A stretch of 64,000 bases of DNA from Malacoraja senta (taxonomy: Eukaryota), in contig CM075990.1 of NCBI GenBank assembly GCA_038087875.1, forward strand, positions 14,014,001 to 14,078,000. Direction: 5' to 3'. Below are positions 1 through 12,223 of the stretch, one piece after another. Made by a program: the position numbers and the translations under genes. The notes beneath the pieces are model-generated. The model saw only the letters and a list, made by a program, of their open reading frames with translations. It searched no databases and was not told where the DNA came from. Position 1 is the stretch's first letter. Each line of letters begins with the position of its first letter.

Positions 1-1998
1 TTCTGCTTTGGGTATCAGTTTTATTTTAAATAATTTTGTAAAGATTTCAAAAATTTCAATCCAAAATTTTTGAATTTTTGTACAGAAAACAAATGAGTGC
101 GCTATAGTAGCTTCTTGGGATTGACATTTATCACAAATGGATGATACATTGGGGAAAATTTTATGGATTTTAGTTTTGGAATAATATAATCTATGTAAAA
201 TTTTAAATTGTATTAAAATGTGTCTTACATTAATCAAACATTTATGCACATTTAATAAGTGTTCATTCCACCTTTCCTTTGAAATTTTAATAGCTAATTC
301 TTGTTCCCAGTCTCTTCTGATACCCTCCGTAGATGGTATTTCTACATTTAAGATAATATTATATAAATATGATATTAAGTTTGCTGATTCAGCTTTTATC
401 TGCATTGCATCATCCAATACATCTGCTGGGCTATTATAATGATCTTTTGTATATTTTTTCAAATAGTCGCGTATTTGAAAATATTTAAAATATTGATTAT
501 TTCCGAGTTTATATTTTATTTGTAATTGTTGAAATTAAAGTAATTTTCCAGTTTCATACAAGTCACCGAACGTTTTAATTCCTAGTCTATCCCAGTGTGT
601 GAAAGATTTATCTATAATAGAGGGATTAAATGAAGGGTTATTAACTATGGGAGATAAAAGTGATAGATTTCTTAATTTTAAATTTTGTTTTATTTGTTTC
701 CAAATTCGGATTGTGCTATGTATAATTGGGTTCTTATTATAATTTATGTTATTCAGTTTCATTGGTGAGAGGAGGATCGCTCCAATGTTTCCAGAGGAGC
801 AATCCTTTCTCTCCATTACAATCCAGTCCACTTGCTGGGCAGAGTTATCCATCAGTTGAATCATATTTTTAATATTTACTGACCAATAATAATACATGAA
901 ATTAGGTGGTGCTAAACCCCCTAATACTTTAGGGTTATTCAAGTGAGTTTTTTGTATTCTATGTGATTTATAGTCCCATATAAAATTAGTGATATCTGAG
1001 TCCAGTTTAAAAAAAAACTTCTTTGGTAAGTATATAGAAATCGATTGAAGTAGGTATAAAATTTGTGGTAGAAAGATCATTTTTATTGCATTTATTCGGC
1101 CTATTAAAGACATCGGGAGCGTTTTCCAAAATTTAATTAGTGTGTTTAATTTATTGAGTAGGGGATCAAAATTTGCTTTAAACATACCTTGATATGTTCT
1201 AGTAATTTCGATTCCCAAGTATTTGAATTTTTCTGTAGCTATTTTAAAAGGGAATTTTAAAAGATGTGTTGAATCTTTCGGTTTTATTGACATAATTTCA
1301 CTTTTATTCCAATTTATTCTGTATCCAGAAAAAGATCCAAAGTCTTCAATTAAATTTAATATATCTGGTATAGTGATTTGAGGTTTTGTAATGTACAGTA
1401 ATATATCATCCACGTATAAAGATATTTTATTATTTGAATCTTTAGTATTATACCCATGAATATCAGGGTGTATTCTAATTTTTTCTGCTAACGGTTCAAT
1501 AATAAGAGCAAACAACTGTGGTGATAATGAGCATCCTTGTCTATTTCCCCTTGATAGTTGGAATTTAGAGGATAATATGTTATTAGTTAATATTCTAGCT
1601 GTAGGTTTATTATATAATAATTTAATCCATAGAATAAAATTCTCTCCCAGTTGGAATTTTTGTAATACTTTATCCATATAATTCCATTCTACTTGGTCAA
1701 ATGCTTTTTCAGCATCCAGCGAAATAATTGATAATTCTTGTTCTTCAGATTTGTGTGAGTGCATTATGTTGAGTAAACGTCTCATATTGTTAGATGAGTA
1801 TCTCTTAGGGATAAACCCCGTCTGATCTGGGTTTATTAGTTTACTAATATATTTACTTAATCTTCTAGCTAATGTTTTTGCTAATATTTTTTGATCTGTG
1901 TTTAACAATGCTATAGCTCTATATGAACCCGGTTCTTCTATATCTTTGTCTTTCTTAAGTATTAGTGTAATCGTTGATTCCGCTAATGTATCAGGTCC
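1..1998 (-). mobile_element. L1-clade LINE, 5'-truncated ORF2 (RT to C-terminal CCHC zinc knuckle), running off the window start
   Basis: ORF 535-2085 has RT motifs YRAIALLNTDQKILAK, LDAEKAFDQVEW, GNRQGCSLSPQLF and YVDDILLY. One in-frame TAA at 535-537 interrupts the frame (LL*FQQLQIKY), and CDKCQSQEATIAHSFVFC follows near 80-135. The ORF N-terminus above about 1998 is flanking DNA. Confidence 0.93.
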
Positions 1999-2170
1999 AT
2001 TTTTTATTCTCACCCACATTCTACTATAGTCCATCACATGCTCCTCACTTCCTCCCATCCAATCTGGCTTCACAGTTTGTAACATTAGAAGAGTGAGGCA
2101 TTGTCAGTGGTGATGAGTTTAACCATTCCCCCATCACAGTGACCTGTCCCATCCCACTATGCTCCTGAGA

Positions 2171-2266
2171 GTCTGAAGAAGGGTCTCGACCCGAAACGTC
2201 ACCAATTCCTTCTCTCCAGAGATGCTGCCTCACCCGCTGAGATGCTCCAGCATTTTGTGTCTATCC
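2171..2266 (+). mobile_element. Penelope-like element (PLE) 3' arm, variant B, with hammerhead-like core
   Basis: CTGAAGA-AGGGTCTCGACCC-GAAA-CGTC at 2173-2200, followed by the arm sequence repeated across the window. Confidence 0.8.
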
Positions 2267-2686
2267 AGGCTTTGACTGCTGGCTTGTAATATGTCTTTAT
2301 TCACCCTATCAGCTCCATTAATATCATAAAATCTTCAATCCATTCCCTGATAATAAATTCAAAGGAGTATCTATCATGTCACCATCAGAGTGCTGCTCGC
2401 TGGTAATTTGTATATTGCCACAGTTCATTAGTGAATGCTCCAGAGAGAGAAAGTCAGTCTATATTGCAGAGATTTCATTTAAAAAAAAATGTCTTTATTG
2501 TACATGTGTCACACTAGATCTACAGTGATTAAAACTAAAATATTCCAGAATTCCCAGGGCTGTTTTTATCGACCTCTGTTCCTCTTGGAAAACATTCCTG
2601 CAATTGGTCATGCTTTGAGTATTTTCACCAATTGTATTCAGGAGTCTCTTAATCAATTGTGGTTCAGTGTAAACAGTTCTGGTCAC

Positions 2687-2812
2687 GAAGGAACTGCAGA
2701 TGTTGGTTTAAACCGAAGATTGACACAAAAAGCTGGAGTAACTCAGCGGGAAAGGCAGCATCTCTGGAGAGAAGGAATGGGTAACGTTTAGGGTCGAGGC
2801 CCATCTTCAGAC
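2687..2812 (-). mobile_element. PLE 3' arm, variant B
   Basis: gaaggaactgcagatg...ctggagtaactcagcggg...tcttcagac, reverse-complement homolog of 2171-2266. Confidence 0.8.
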
Positions 2813-2826
2813 TAGCAACACTAATG

Positions 2827-3679
2827 GTACACAAAAATGCTGGAGAAACTCAGCGGGTGCAGCAGCATCTATGGAGCGAAGGAAATAGGCAACGTTTTAG
2901 GCCGAAACCCTTCTTCTGACCCGAAACGTTGCCTATTGTGGGGAGAAGAAAGGAAAAAAGGAAAAAAAGGCGGAGGAGGAGCCCGAGGGCTGGGGGATGA
3001 GAGGAGAAAACCAGAGGGCTGATGAAGGGGAGGGGACAGCAAGGGCTAGCAGAATTGGGAGAATTCAATGTTCATGCCCCCAGGATGTAGACTGCCCAAG
3101 CAGAATATGAGGTGCAATTCCTCCAATTTCCGGTGTTGCTCGCTGTGGCCATGGAGGAGACCCAGGACAGAGAGGTCAGATACGGAATGGGAGGGGGAGT
3201 TGAAGTGCTGAGCCACCGGGAGGTCAGGTTGGTTATTGTGGACCGACCGGAGGTGTTCGGCGAAATGATCGCCAAGCCTCCGCTTGGTCTCACCGATGTA
3301 GATCAGCTGACATCTAGAGCAGCGGATGCAATAGATGAGGTTGGAGGAGATGCAGGTGAACCCCGGGGAGGGGGTGGTAAGGGAGGGAAGGGAAGAATTG
3401 ACAAGGGAGTTACGGAGGGAGTGGTCTTTGCGGAAGGCAGACATGGGGGGAGATGGGAAGATGTGGCGAGTGGTGGGGTCACGTTGGAGGTGGCGAAACT
3501 GACGGAGGATCACTTGTTGTATGTGACGGCTGGTGGGGTGAAAGGTGAGGACTAGGGGGACTCTGCCCTTGTTGTGAGTGGGGGGATGGGGAGAGAGAGC
3601 AGTGTTGCGGGGTATGGCAGAGACCCTGGTGCGAGCCTCATCTATGGTGGAGGAGGGGAACCCCCGTTCCCTGAAGAAT
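2827..3679 (-). mobile_element. Penelope-like retroelement, 5'-truncated: GIY-YIG endonuclease C-terminus, 3'UTR and arm variant A
   Basis: ORF 3046-3513 NLIYCIRCSRCQLIYIGETKRRLGDHFAEH...VAQHFN...LGSLHPGGMNIEF is a PLE GIY-YIG domain. 12-bp TSD GCAACACTAATG at 2815-2826 and 3680-3691. Confidence 0.92.
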
Positions 3680-3753
3680 GCAACACTAATGATGTGGTCA
3701 TCACCCAGTCATTGATAGCATCTGTCTACTTGGGACAGTGATAGAACACACAA

Positions 3754-4032
3754 GGGCAGCAACAGAGGCACAGCTGGTTGAGCTGCCACACAGTGTAAGA
3801 GATCCGGGTTCGATCCTGATCTCGGGTGCTGTCTGTGTGGAGTTTGCACATTCTTTCTCAGACTGCGTGGGTTTCCTCCGGGTGCTCCAGTTTCCTCCCA
3901 ATCCTAAAGATGTGCAGGTTTATGGGTAAATTGGCTCCCAGTGTACAGGAGTGGATGAGAAAATAGGATAACATGTGATTGGGTGGACTCAGTGGACGGA
4001 AGGGACTGTTTCCATGCTGCATCTCTAAACTA
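3754..4032 (+). mobile_element. HE1/V-SINE-like tRNA-derived SINE
   Basis: B-box GGTTCGATCC, V-domain gtgggtttcctccgggtgctccagtttcctccca, CR1-like tail ending ctaaactaaa. Its 3' part recurs at about 4125-4230. Confidence 0.85.
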
Positions 4033-4285
4033 AATGATCACATGCCTCTTCAGGATAGAGACGTAGTTTTAAAACTCATTTCTGGTCTCAAGTGCATATT
4101 CTCGACTACAGAACAATGATAGTTGTAGGGAGTGGATGAGAAAGTAGGATAACATTGCACTAGTGGTGTGGACTCAGTGGGCCGAAGGACCTGTTTCCAT
4201 TCTGTATTTTTCACTTAAAGTAAAACTAAATCAAGTCGGGGGTGCTGAGTTTTCACCTTTCTCAGTGAACCATCCCATCCCTCAT

Positions 4286-4640
4286 GCTAGATGCAGGTGA
4301 AATGTTCCCAATATTGGGGGAGTCCAGAACCAGGGGCCACTGTCTAACATTAAAGGGGAGGCCATTTAAAAATGAGATGAGAAAAAACGTTTTCACCCAG
4401 AGAGTTATGAATTTGTGGAATTCTCTGCCACAAAAGGCAGTAGAGGCCAATTCATTGGATGAATTTAAAAGAGAGTTAGACAGAGCTCTAGGGGCCAGCG
4501 GAATCAAGGGATATGGGGAGAAGGCAGGCACGGGTTACTGATTGTGGATGATCAGCCATGATCACAATGAATGGCGTTGCAGGCTCGAAGGGCCAAATGG
4601 CCTCCTCCTGCACCAATTTTCTAGGTTTCTATGTTTCTAT
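4286..4640 (+). mobile_element. CR1-clade (HER1-like) LINE 3' end
   Basis: ORF 4284-4541 ESRTRGHCL...FTQRVMNLWNSLPQKAVEA, then 3'UTR and ctatgttt-type tail. Confidence 0.9.
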
Positions 4641-4849
4641 TCCACTATTTTCCTCACACTCAAAGCATCTCAAACCTGCATTGTGTTTACCAGGACCTTA
4701 AATCGCCTTAAAGCATTTTAGTTACCAGTTACCAGTTCAGAACAATTGAAGTCAGGTTTCCATTATTCTCACAGCATCATATTCCCACATATTTTTTTAA
4801 TGTGGGAAATATTTATGCATAGTTAATTCTTAGTTCAGCCATGAGAAAT

Positions 4850-5160
4850 TGTGAAATAGGAGCAAGATTCGGCCATTCGGCCCATCAAGTCAATACTGTC
4901 ACTCAATCATGCATGATCTATCTTCCCCTCTTAACTCCATTCTCCTGCCGTCTCCCCATATGCCCTGACACGAATACTAATCAGGAAACTATCAATCTCC
5001 GCTTTAAAAATACCCAATAACTTGGTCTCCTCAGCCATCTATGCCAATGAATTCCACAGATTCATCACCCCATGGCTAAAGAAATTCCTCCTCTTCTCCT
5101 TTCTAAAGGTATGTTATTTTATTCTGAGGCTGTGCTCTCTGGTCCTAGACTCTCCAATGT
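4850..5160 (-). mobile_element. CR1-clade LINE 3' fragment
   Basis: Reverse-complement homology to the other CR1 3' ends (gaattccacagattcatcacc, ctctggtcctagactc). Confidence 0.8.
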
Positions 5161-5164
5161 TGGT

Positions 5165-5340
5165 TAAGAAATTAATATTGAACAGAACACTGGAGATAAC
5201 TCCCCATTCTGCTGCAAGATAGTTCATGAAGTCTTCTTGCCCTTGACACACAGAAAAGAGAGGGATTCAGTTTAACACAGTACCCAAAGAATGCCACCTT
5301 TGACAGTAACATGTTCCCTCATTACAGCGGTAAGGAGATC
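5165..5340 (-). mobile_element. Degraded Deu-domain SINE (SacSINE1/AmnSINE1-like)
   Basis: cagtttaacacagtacccaaagaatgccacctttgacagt...ccctcattacag resembles the DeuSINE body as recalled. Similar remnants at about 14990-15170, 20470-20560, 31095-31260, 40110-40230, 51145-51385, 52170-52815 and 59345-59665. Confidence 0.55.
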
Positions 5341-5923
5341 ACTAAATGTGCATCTTGCTGCCACTATTGGAATTCCACAGAAGAACAAACCGAAATAAGC
5401 AAGAATTTTAACTGTGAAAAAACACACCATCGGAGGTGACTGTCTGAGAATATTTATTATCCAATGCTATAAGAAAGAGGGAATTCAGAAACTCAATAGA
5501 TTTTACGGAATTCCTCAGGGAAGAAAGGGAGAATGTGAGCAAGTCAGACACAGCAGTTTATGCATGATAAATAATCTTCCATTCACTGCCTTCACCTCCC
5601 TGGGAATAGAGTGCAGACTGAAAAATATGAGAGCTTTCAGAGATCTTCGATCTTTTGGAGATATGGGTTGCCTTTTGTCATAAATAAACCGTTTGCAAAT
5701 TATGAGTTTGTTTGGTAGCCTTTATACGGCTCACATTAGTAGCGAAGGCTGGATGAAAATAAAACCGGGTTCCTTTCCTCTATCTTTCATAACTTTGCAG
5801 ATTTTTTGATCAGCCTCTGATCAATCTGATAACCCACTTGGCTTTAAGTGAGGGGTTTGTGATTTTTAAGGGTCATTTTCAGGACTTGAATGTATTTGCT
5901 AAGATGGCAAGTGTTGTATCGAA

Positions 5924-6238
5924 GGGCAGCACGGTGGCGCAGCAGTAGAGTTGCTGCCTTACAGCATCAGAGACCTGGGTACAGGTGCTTTTCTGTACAG
6001 GGTTTGTGCCTTCTCCCCGTGACCTGCGTGGGTTTTCTCGGGGATCTCCAGTTTCCTCCCACACTCCAAAGACGTACAAGTGTGTAGGCTAATTGGCTTG
6101 GTATAATTGTAAATTGTCCCTAACGTGTGTAGGATAGCGTAAGTGTGTGGGGATCGCTGGTCGGCGCGGAATCGGTGGGCAGAAGGGCCTGTTTCCATGC
6201 TGTATGTCGAAACAAAACTAAACTAAACTAAACTAAAC
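5924..6238 (+). mobile_element. HE1/V-SINE-like SINE, near full length
   Basis: gggcagcacggtggcgcagcagtagag head, V-domain, (ctaaa)n tail. Confidence 0.9.
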
Positions 6239-6269
6239 TTGTCAATGGTGCTGTGTAAACTATCTTAAC

Positions 6270-7174
6270 TAGAGCCAGGATGTTTAGGCACCAAAAAAAC
6301 TCTGAAATAGGCAGGCAAAAAGCATAATAAAATTTGTAAATGCCCTCCACGAAAAGGCTTTAGTGACAAAAAAGGCATAAAAATGCATGTATTTCCACCA
6401 CCAAAATATGGTTAAAAATGATAATATAAAGGTATACTACATTAAATGACCAAAGTTGCCTGGTTACACATAATTACCAGCATTTTCTTCAAATTATCTG
6501 GTGTTAAACTATGTTGTCTGTCAGACAGAATATGCTTCCGTTTTGAAAAACTTCTTTCTACCACAGCTGAGGTCACTGGTGCATACCCGAAACATGCTAC
6601 AGACTCTATATTGATGTCAATATCTTGTGCATTACAACTACCTTTGAGAACTTTAGCTATGTTTTGTATTTCATCAAGATCTTTGTTAGCTAAAATCATT
6701 CTCTCACATTTTCCTTGTATGTCTTTACCTACATCGCCAGGAACTTTACGTCAGTTACTTTGTTGAAAACCTGCAAGTTATTCACTAATGTTTCGCCACG
6801 TTTCTCAAGGGAAGTGGTAGCTTGTGGGAAGTTAGCAAAATTGGAAGCAATAAATAGATGTTGGAGAAGACTGAACCAGCGGGCAGCGGCACGAATGAAT
6901 GAACGGCCGACGGTGGCGTCCCCTGGTTTCGCCCCGGTGGTGAAAAATTTCTTGTAATTTATACTGTGTTAACACGTTTATAATAACACTAATATTAACG
7001 TGTTGACATAGAAAACGTCATTGTAATCACAGTACAACTAGAGAAAATAGCACGACCTTTTAGCAAAATCGCAAAAAAAGGCTGATTTAGGCACTGAAAA
7101 AGGCATTATCTTGGTGAAATCATCAAAAATGACATGAAAAGGCACATGGCATTTATGGCAAAATTCTGGCTCTA
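6270..7174 (-). mobile_element. Non-autonomous hAT DNA transposon (internal deletion derivative)
   Basis: TIRs TAGAGCCAGGATGTT / AAAATTCTGGCTCTA. The 8-bp flanks ATCTTAAC / AACATAAC match at 6 of 8. Contains a transposase C-terminal remnant. Confidence 0.85.
6442..6870 (-). pseudogene. hAT transposase C-terminal (dimerisation domain) remnant, frameshifted
   Basis: LFIASNFANFPQATTSLEKRGETL..., frameshift near 6750, then KVPGDVGKDIQGKCERMILANKDL...FGYAPVTSAVVERSFSKRKHILSDRQHSLTPDNLKKML (hAT ERSFS motif). Confidence 0.85.
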
Positions 7175-8864
7175 AACATAACCCTGCGGCAGTGGTTGAG
7201 GTGGATGCTATATGAAGTGCAGAGAGTAAACACCAATCAATGTTGCTCATATACCACCTTTATCATCTGCAGATGGCATCAAGACTCTTGGGGTGATACT
7301 GTGGCAGACCTAGAGGAGCCATTGGTTCACAGTGCCACAGAGCCAGGTTTGATTCTGACCTGAGGCTCCATCTATGTGAAGCCTGAATATTCTCCAGGCG
7401 AAAACACAAGTGATCCAGTTCCAATCCAAAGATGTATGTGTTGTTAGATTAATAAGCCATTGTAAATGATATGGGTGAATGGTAGAATCTGTGTGGAGTT
7501 GATAAGAATGTGGAGAGAATGAAAAAGATGGTATTAATATATGGTTAGCGTAAATGGATAATTGATGGTCAGCAGATAACTCAGTGGGCTGAAGGGCATG
7601 CTTCTATGCTGTATCCTTCCGTGAATCTAAAGCCAATGACCAAAACCTTATTGCATTGTATTATATTTATTATTATAGTCACATGTACCGAGATACAGAG
7701 AAAAAAATGTGTTTGCATGCTATCCAGTCAAATCATATCATATCACATCATACTGTACAGAGTATAATTAAGCCATATTCAGGTAGAGCAAAGAGAAAAA
7801 ACACCTCTGTTACTGTGAGGTCCATCCATATGCTAGGATATGGTCTGATTCACCTCGACCACATTGCGGACATTAGACATTGTCTATGGATCTGATGCAC
7901 TACGATGTTGAGAACTAAATGCCACACCCTGTATCTTCCCCTTTGCTCTATCCACTGCACTTGTGTTTGACTTGATTTTATTTATGTACAGTATCATCTG
8001 AACTGATTGGATAACATGCAAAACAAAGCTTTTCACTGTATCTTTGTACACACGATAGTAATAAACCAAACCTAAACAATAAGGATGATATTAAGTGCAT
8101 ATATCTCTTTCACTCCCTCACTTCAATGCTTTTATGGAAACTTTTGCAGAATGTTGAGTCCCCTCTCATCATCCTATAGACTCACCAGCCTCCTGCTCCA
8201 AGTATAGCACCAACAGAGCACAAAGTCCTAAAAATAGTTGTCCGCCTTTGCAGCTGCTGCTGAGGACACGTGCATGCAAGAGATGGAGTGTAAACTAAGT
8301 GATACTTTGACAGAGGTGATTATTAGCAGGAACACATTGTAATTGATTGCTCACTCAACAGCCCCACTGATGAGTGTTGGCATCTCTACGTTTCCAGCAG
8401 GCGTGACGGTATCCAACCAGATTTGCGATCCATGTCCTCTGTAGTTATTTTGGGTGTCTCCTGCTCCTTTGTACTTGCCTGCTTTCCCTCCCCCTACTCT
8501 AGTCCCTCCTCCTTCCTTCCATCTCTAGTATTCCACCCCTGCCCATCTGTCCTTGTATTCCATGCCTCAGTTCTTGGGGAACTGGTACAGTAGAAGTGAT
8601 GAGACCCAGGACATTGCAGCCATTATCATACAGACTGGTGGGGCAGGCTTGAGGGGCCAGGTAGTCTACGCTTGCTTTTATTTCCTTACATCTGTGTGTT
8701 CTTCGTCCTTTATCCTTTCCTCCTTTTGCCCTCAACACCCCCCTTCCATTCTTCCTGGTCAATTCACCACCATTGCACTGTTCTCCATTTCCCTCAGCCT
8801 CACATTCCACCCTCCACCCTTCCGTAGACAAGGAAGAACTGGCACTTCAGAGAATAGAGTCTTA

Positions 8865-9437
8865 TGCCCCTGTCCCACTTAGGAAACCTGAACGGAAACC
8901 TCTGGAGACTTTGCGCCCCACCCAAGGTTTACGTGCGGTTCCCGGAGGGTCCCGGAGGTTTTTGTCAGTCTCCCTAATGGTCGAAAGTGGTTTCCGCTTC
9001 TTCTATGTTCCGGCGATTAAAAATTAAAAACCGGCCGCGACTAAAAATAAGTTGCCGTTTTAAAAATCGGTAATTTTTTAGTCGAAGCCGGTTGCGATGC
9101 TAGTTGAAGGTGGTTGCCGGAGGTTGCTGGTGGTTGCCGGAGGTTGCAGGTAGTGGAAGGTAAGACCTTCCACTACCTGTAACCTCCGGCAACCACCTTC
9201 AACTAGCATCGCAACCGGCTTCGACTAAAATATTACCTATTTTTAAAACGGCAACCTGTTTTTAGTCGCGGCCAGTTTTTAATTTTTTGAAATAATCGCC
9301 AGAACATAGAAGAAGCGGAAACCACTTTCGACCATTAGGGAGACTGACAAAAACCTCCGGGAACCGCACGGAAACCTTGGGTGGGGTGCAAAGTCTCCAG
9401 AGGTTTCCATTCAGGTTTCCTAAGTGGGACAGGGGCA
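8865..9437. mobile_element. PIF/Harbinger-type MITE, fully palindromic (573 bp)
   Basis: TTA TSD at 8862-8864 and 9438-9440; termini TGCCCCTGTCCCACTT / AAGTGGGACAGGGGCA; arms are complementary up to a 3-nt loop at 9162-9164. Confidence 0.92.
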
Positions 9438-9657
9438 TTAGAGTCACAGAGATGGCTAATTTCCTGGACTTTGGCCCTTGGATTCCTGCCCCTTAGCCAG
9501 TCATCATTCCACCTTCTCCAATCTGCTTGGAGATAATAATCAAAGCATTCCAAAAAAGTAAGAGAGAAAAGGCTGAGGAATTCAATCAAAATCTTTCTCT
9601 TAGCCATACGAATGAAAACCAATTTTTACCAGAATGGCATACAACAACATAGGTTAT

Positions 9658-9920
9658 CAGTTCAGTTTAGTTGATTGTCACGTGTACCGAGGTACAGTGA
9701 AAAGCTATTAGTTGCGTGCTAACCAGTCAGCAGACAGACAGTACATGATTACAATCAATCCATTTACAGTGTATAGATACATATAAGGGAATAACTTTAC
9801 TGCAAGGTAAAGCCAGCAAAGTCCGATCAAGGATAGTTCGAGGGGCATCAAAGAGGTAGATAGTAGTTCAGCATTTCTCTCTGGTTGTGGTAAGATGATT
9901 CAGTTGCCTGATAACAGCAA
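9658..9920 (-). mobile_element. Rex1/Babar-like LINE 3'UTR fragment
   Basis: ttgtcacgtgtaccgaggtacagtgaaaagct is the reverse complement of the tail seen at 59280-59330 and 8020-8075. Confidence 0.6.
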
Positions 9921-10077
9921 GTTATTAGTGTTGAATGGTGCTGCAGTGGAAATTCAAGTGATTAGCCACTTGCTGGCATCTAATATTAATTCCATCCTTA
10001 AAGTCAACACACCCCAGCCTCACCTTTGTCTTCTCTCTGCTATGACTTAAAGCACATCAGCCAAGGTCCAGACTTAC

Positions 10078-10297
10078 AATAGACAATAGGCAATAGGTGC
10101 AGGAGTAGGCCATTTGGCCCTTCAAGCCAGCACCGCCATTCAATGTGATCATGGTTGATCATCCCCAATCAGTACCCCGTTCCTGCCTTCACCCCATATC
10201 CCCTGACTCCACTATTTTTAAGAGCCCTATCTCGCTCTCTCTTGAAAGCATCCAGAGAACCTGCCTCCACCGCCCTCTGAGGCAGAGAATTCCACAG
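10078..10297 (-). mobile_element. CR1 (HER1-like) LINE 3' end
   Basis: (caataga)n tail, ggtgcaggagtaggcc...agaattccacaga. Confidence 0.88.
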
Positions 10298-11337
10298 ACC
10301 TATGTTTTTGGCTCTGATTAGGTGATGCATGCCCAGAAAAAGGCCTTACTCCTGCATAAGTCTGATTCCATACCTCTCAGCTTCAGACTCTGGGCTAACT
10401 CACAGCCACAAGTGCCTTCCCATCACAAATTATGTGTTGCATACTGGATGCACATAGAATGATATCCTTATCTATGTGTAGAAAGGAACTGCAGATGCTA
10501 GTTTAAACCGAAGATAGACACAAAATGGGTGACGTTTTGGGTTGAGCCCCTTCTACAGACTGCAGACCCTTCTTCCTTATCTATCTGTCCAACCAGTGTC
10601 GCTAAGATAAATGAGTTAGTATGGGTCCATATGTGCATGTTGCAATTCAGTCTCAGCCCCACTGGGTTCATGAGGGCTACTGATTTTCAGCATCATGGTT
10701 TAAAGAGATCATACCTCGGCATATTCCAGCCTGGGGATAGGAATCACCTCAGGTGGGTCAGCATTAAGCTATTTATATCTCTTCTTCTAAACTTCCTCCA
10801 AGACCAACCTGACCTTGCATCCCACCATTTAATGCCCGGAGGCCCCAGACCAACCTAGAACTTTGTCAAGCCTAACTTCAATGTTATAGAAGCGCAGTCA
10901 GAACCTTGAACTGGGGACAGTGGTCAAACTGCATTCCAGTGGACCAGAGAAGCAGCCAGTGACACTGGACTGGTCCAGGTGTGTATGTAACCCTCTCCAT
11001 AACAGTGGCAGATTGACTTGCACTACGAAAACGCCATCTGCCTAAGTATCGGATATGCTTACCCAGGGAGCAAGTTATTTTGTTGAATGTTGAGAATGAA
11101 ATGCCAGTCTATTGCAGCCATTAATACCATTTAATAATGGAAATTTCAGTTCAAGTGCTTAGCTTGACTTTCTCTTTACATTTAGAAGGGAGATTAATGA
11201 TCTCATTCTCACTTTCGTAAATGGAGATTTGTGGTAACTATCTTTTTAGATAAACTGGATGAACTGCATCATTCATTGCTAGAATCTGGTTTCGATGCCT
11301 CATTTCTGCGAGCTGGCTGGGGAAACAAAGAACTGTA

Positions 11338-11525
11338 TCCTTTGTCTCCTGAGATGCCGCCTGACCCGCTGAGTTACTCCAGCACTTTGTGTCTATCTTT
11401 GGTAAAAAACAGCATCTGCAGTTCTTGAGATAGACACGATGTGCTGGTGTAACTCAGCGGGTCAGGCAGCATCTCTGGAGAAAAAGGATAGGTGATATTT
11501 CGGGTCAAGACCCTTCTTCAGACTG
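11338..11525. mobile_element. Two PLE arms joined tail-to-tail
   Basis: A + arm ending agcatctgcagttc is followed directly by a - arm ending cccttcttcagac. Confidence 0.75.
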
Positions 11526-12223
11526 GGTGACTCTGCTGGCTGATGCAGTCTGACCCATTGGGCAGGAATGTAATTGGAAGCATTGTCGGGAAGGAAGCAT
11601 GAACATGCTTTTTGTTTGCAGATCAGCCAGATCGGTGGAGTAGAAATGACCACTTGCTAATGAGCATGTTGGCCGCCCATACACTGACGGGTGAAACTAG
11701 TCGCTTGCTGGACTGGGAATCCCCTGACCTCTGCAAATAACCCTCCACATCACCGCTTTCCATAACATGTCCATAACTGGTAAAATTTGGTGAAGATCTT
11801 TGCCTCTCCCACCCTTTCAGGCAATGTGTTCTGCACTCCACCCACTTTCCAGGAGAAAGAAGTTCCCCACAGATTCTCCATAACCTGTCCATTGAATCTG
11901 TGCCTCAGGATTTTTATTTCTCTGTTGAGGGATGTAGGTTCTTCCTCTTTATTATCTTGGGATCCCCCATAATTTTAATTGATGATTAAATGACTCCTCA
12001 GCCTCTTCTCTTCCATGGAAACCAATCTTAGCTTCATCCTGAAGAAGGGTCCCGATCCAAAATGCCACCTGTCGATTCTCACCACAGATGCTGCCTGACC
12101 CTTTGAGTTCCTCCAGCACTTTGTGATTTGCTCAAGATTCCGGCATCTGCAGTTCCTTGTGTCTCCATTATCTGATCTTTTGTCGTGACTACAATTTTCC
12201 AGTCCAGGCAACATGCTCATATA

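Noticed and set aside
535..2085. 516-aa ORF as a functional gene
   Set aside because: Truncated L1 ORF2 without an endonuclease domain; the start comes from flanking DNA and it ends at a premature stop.
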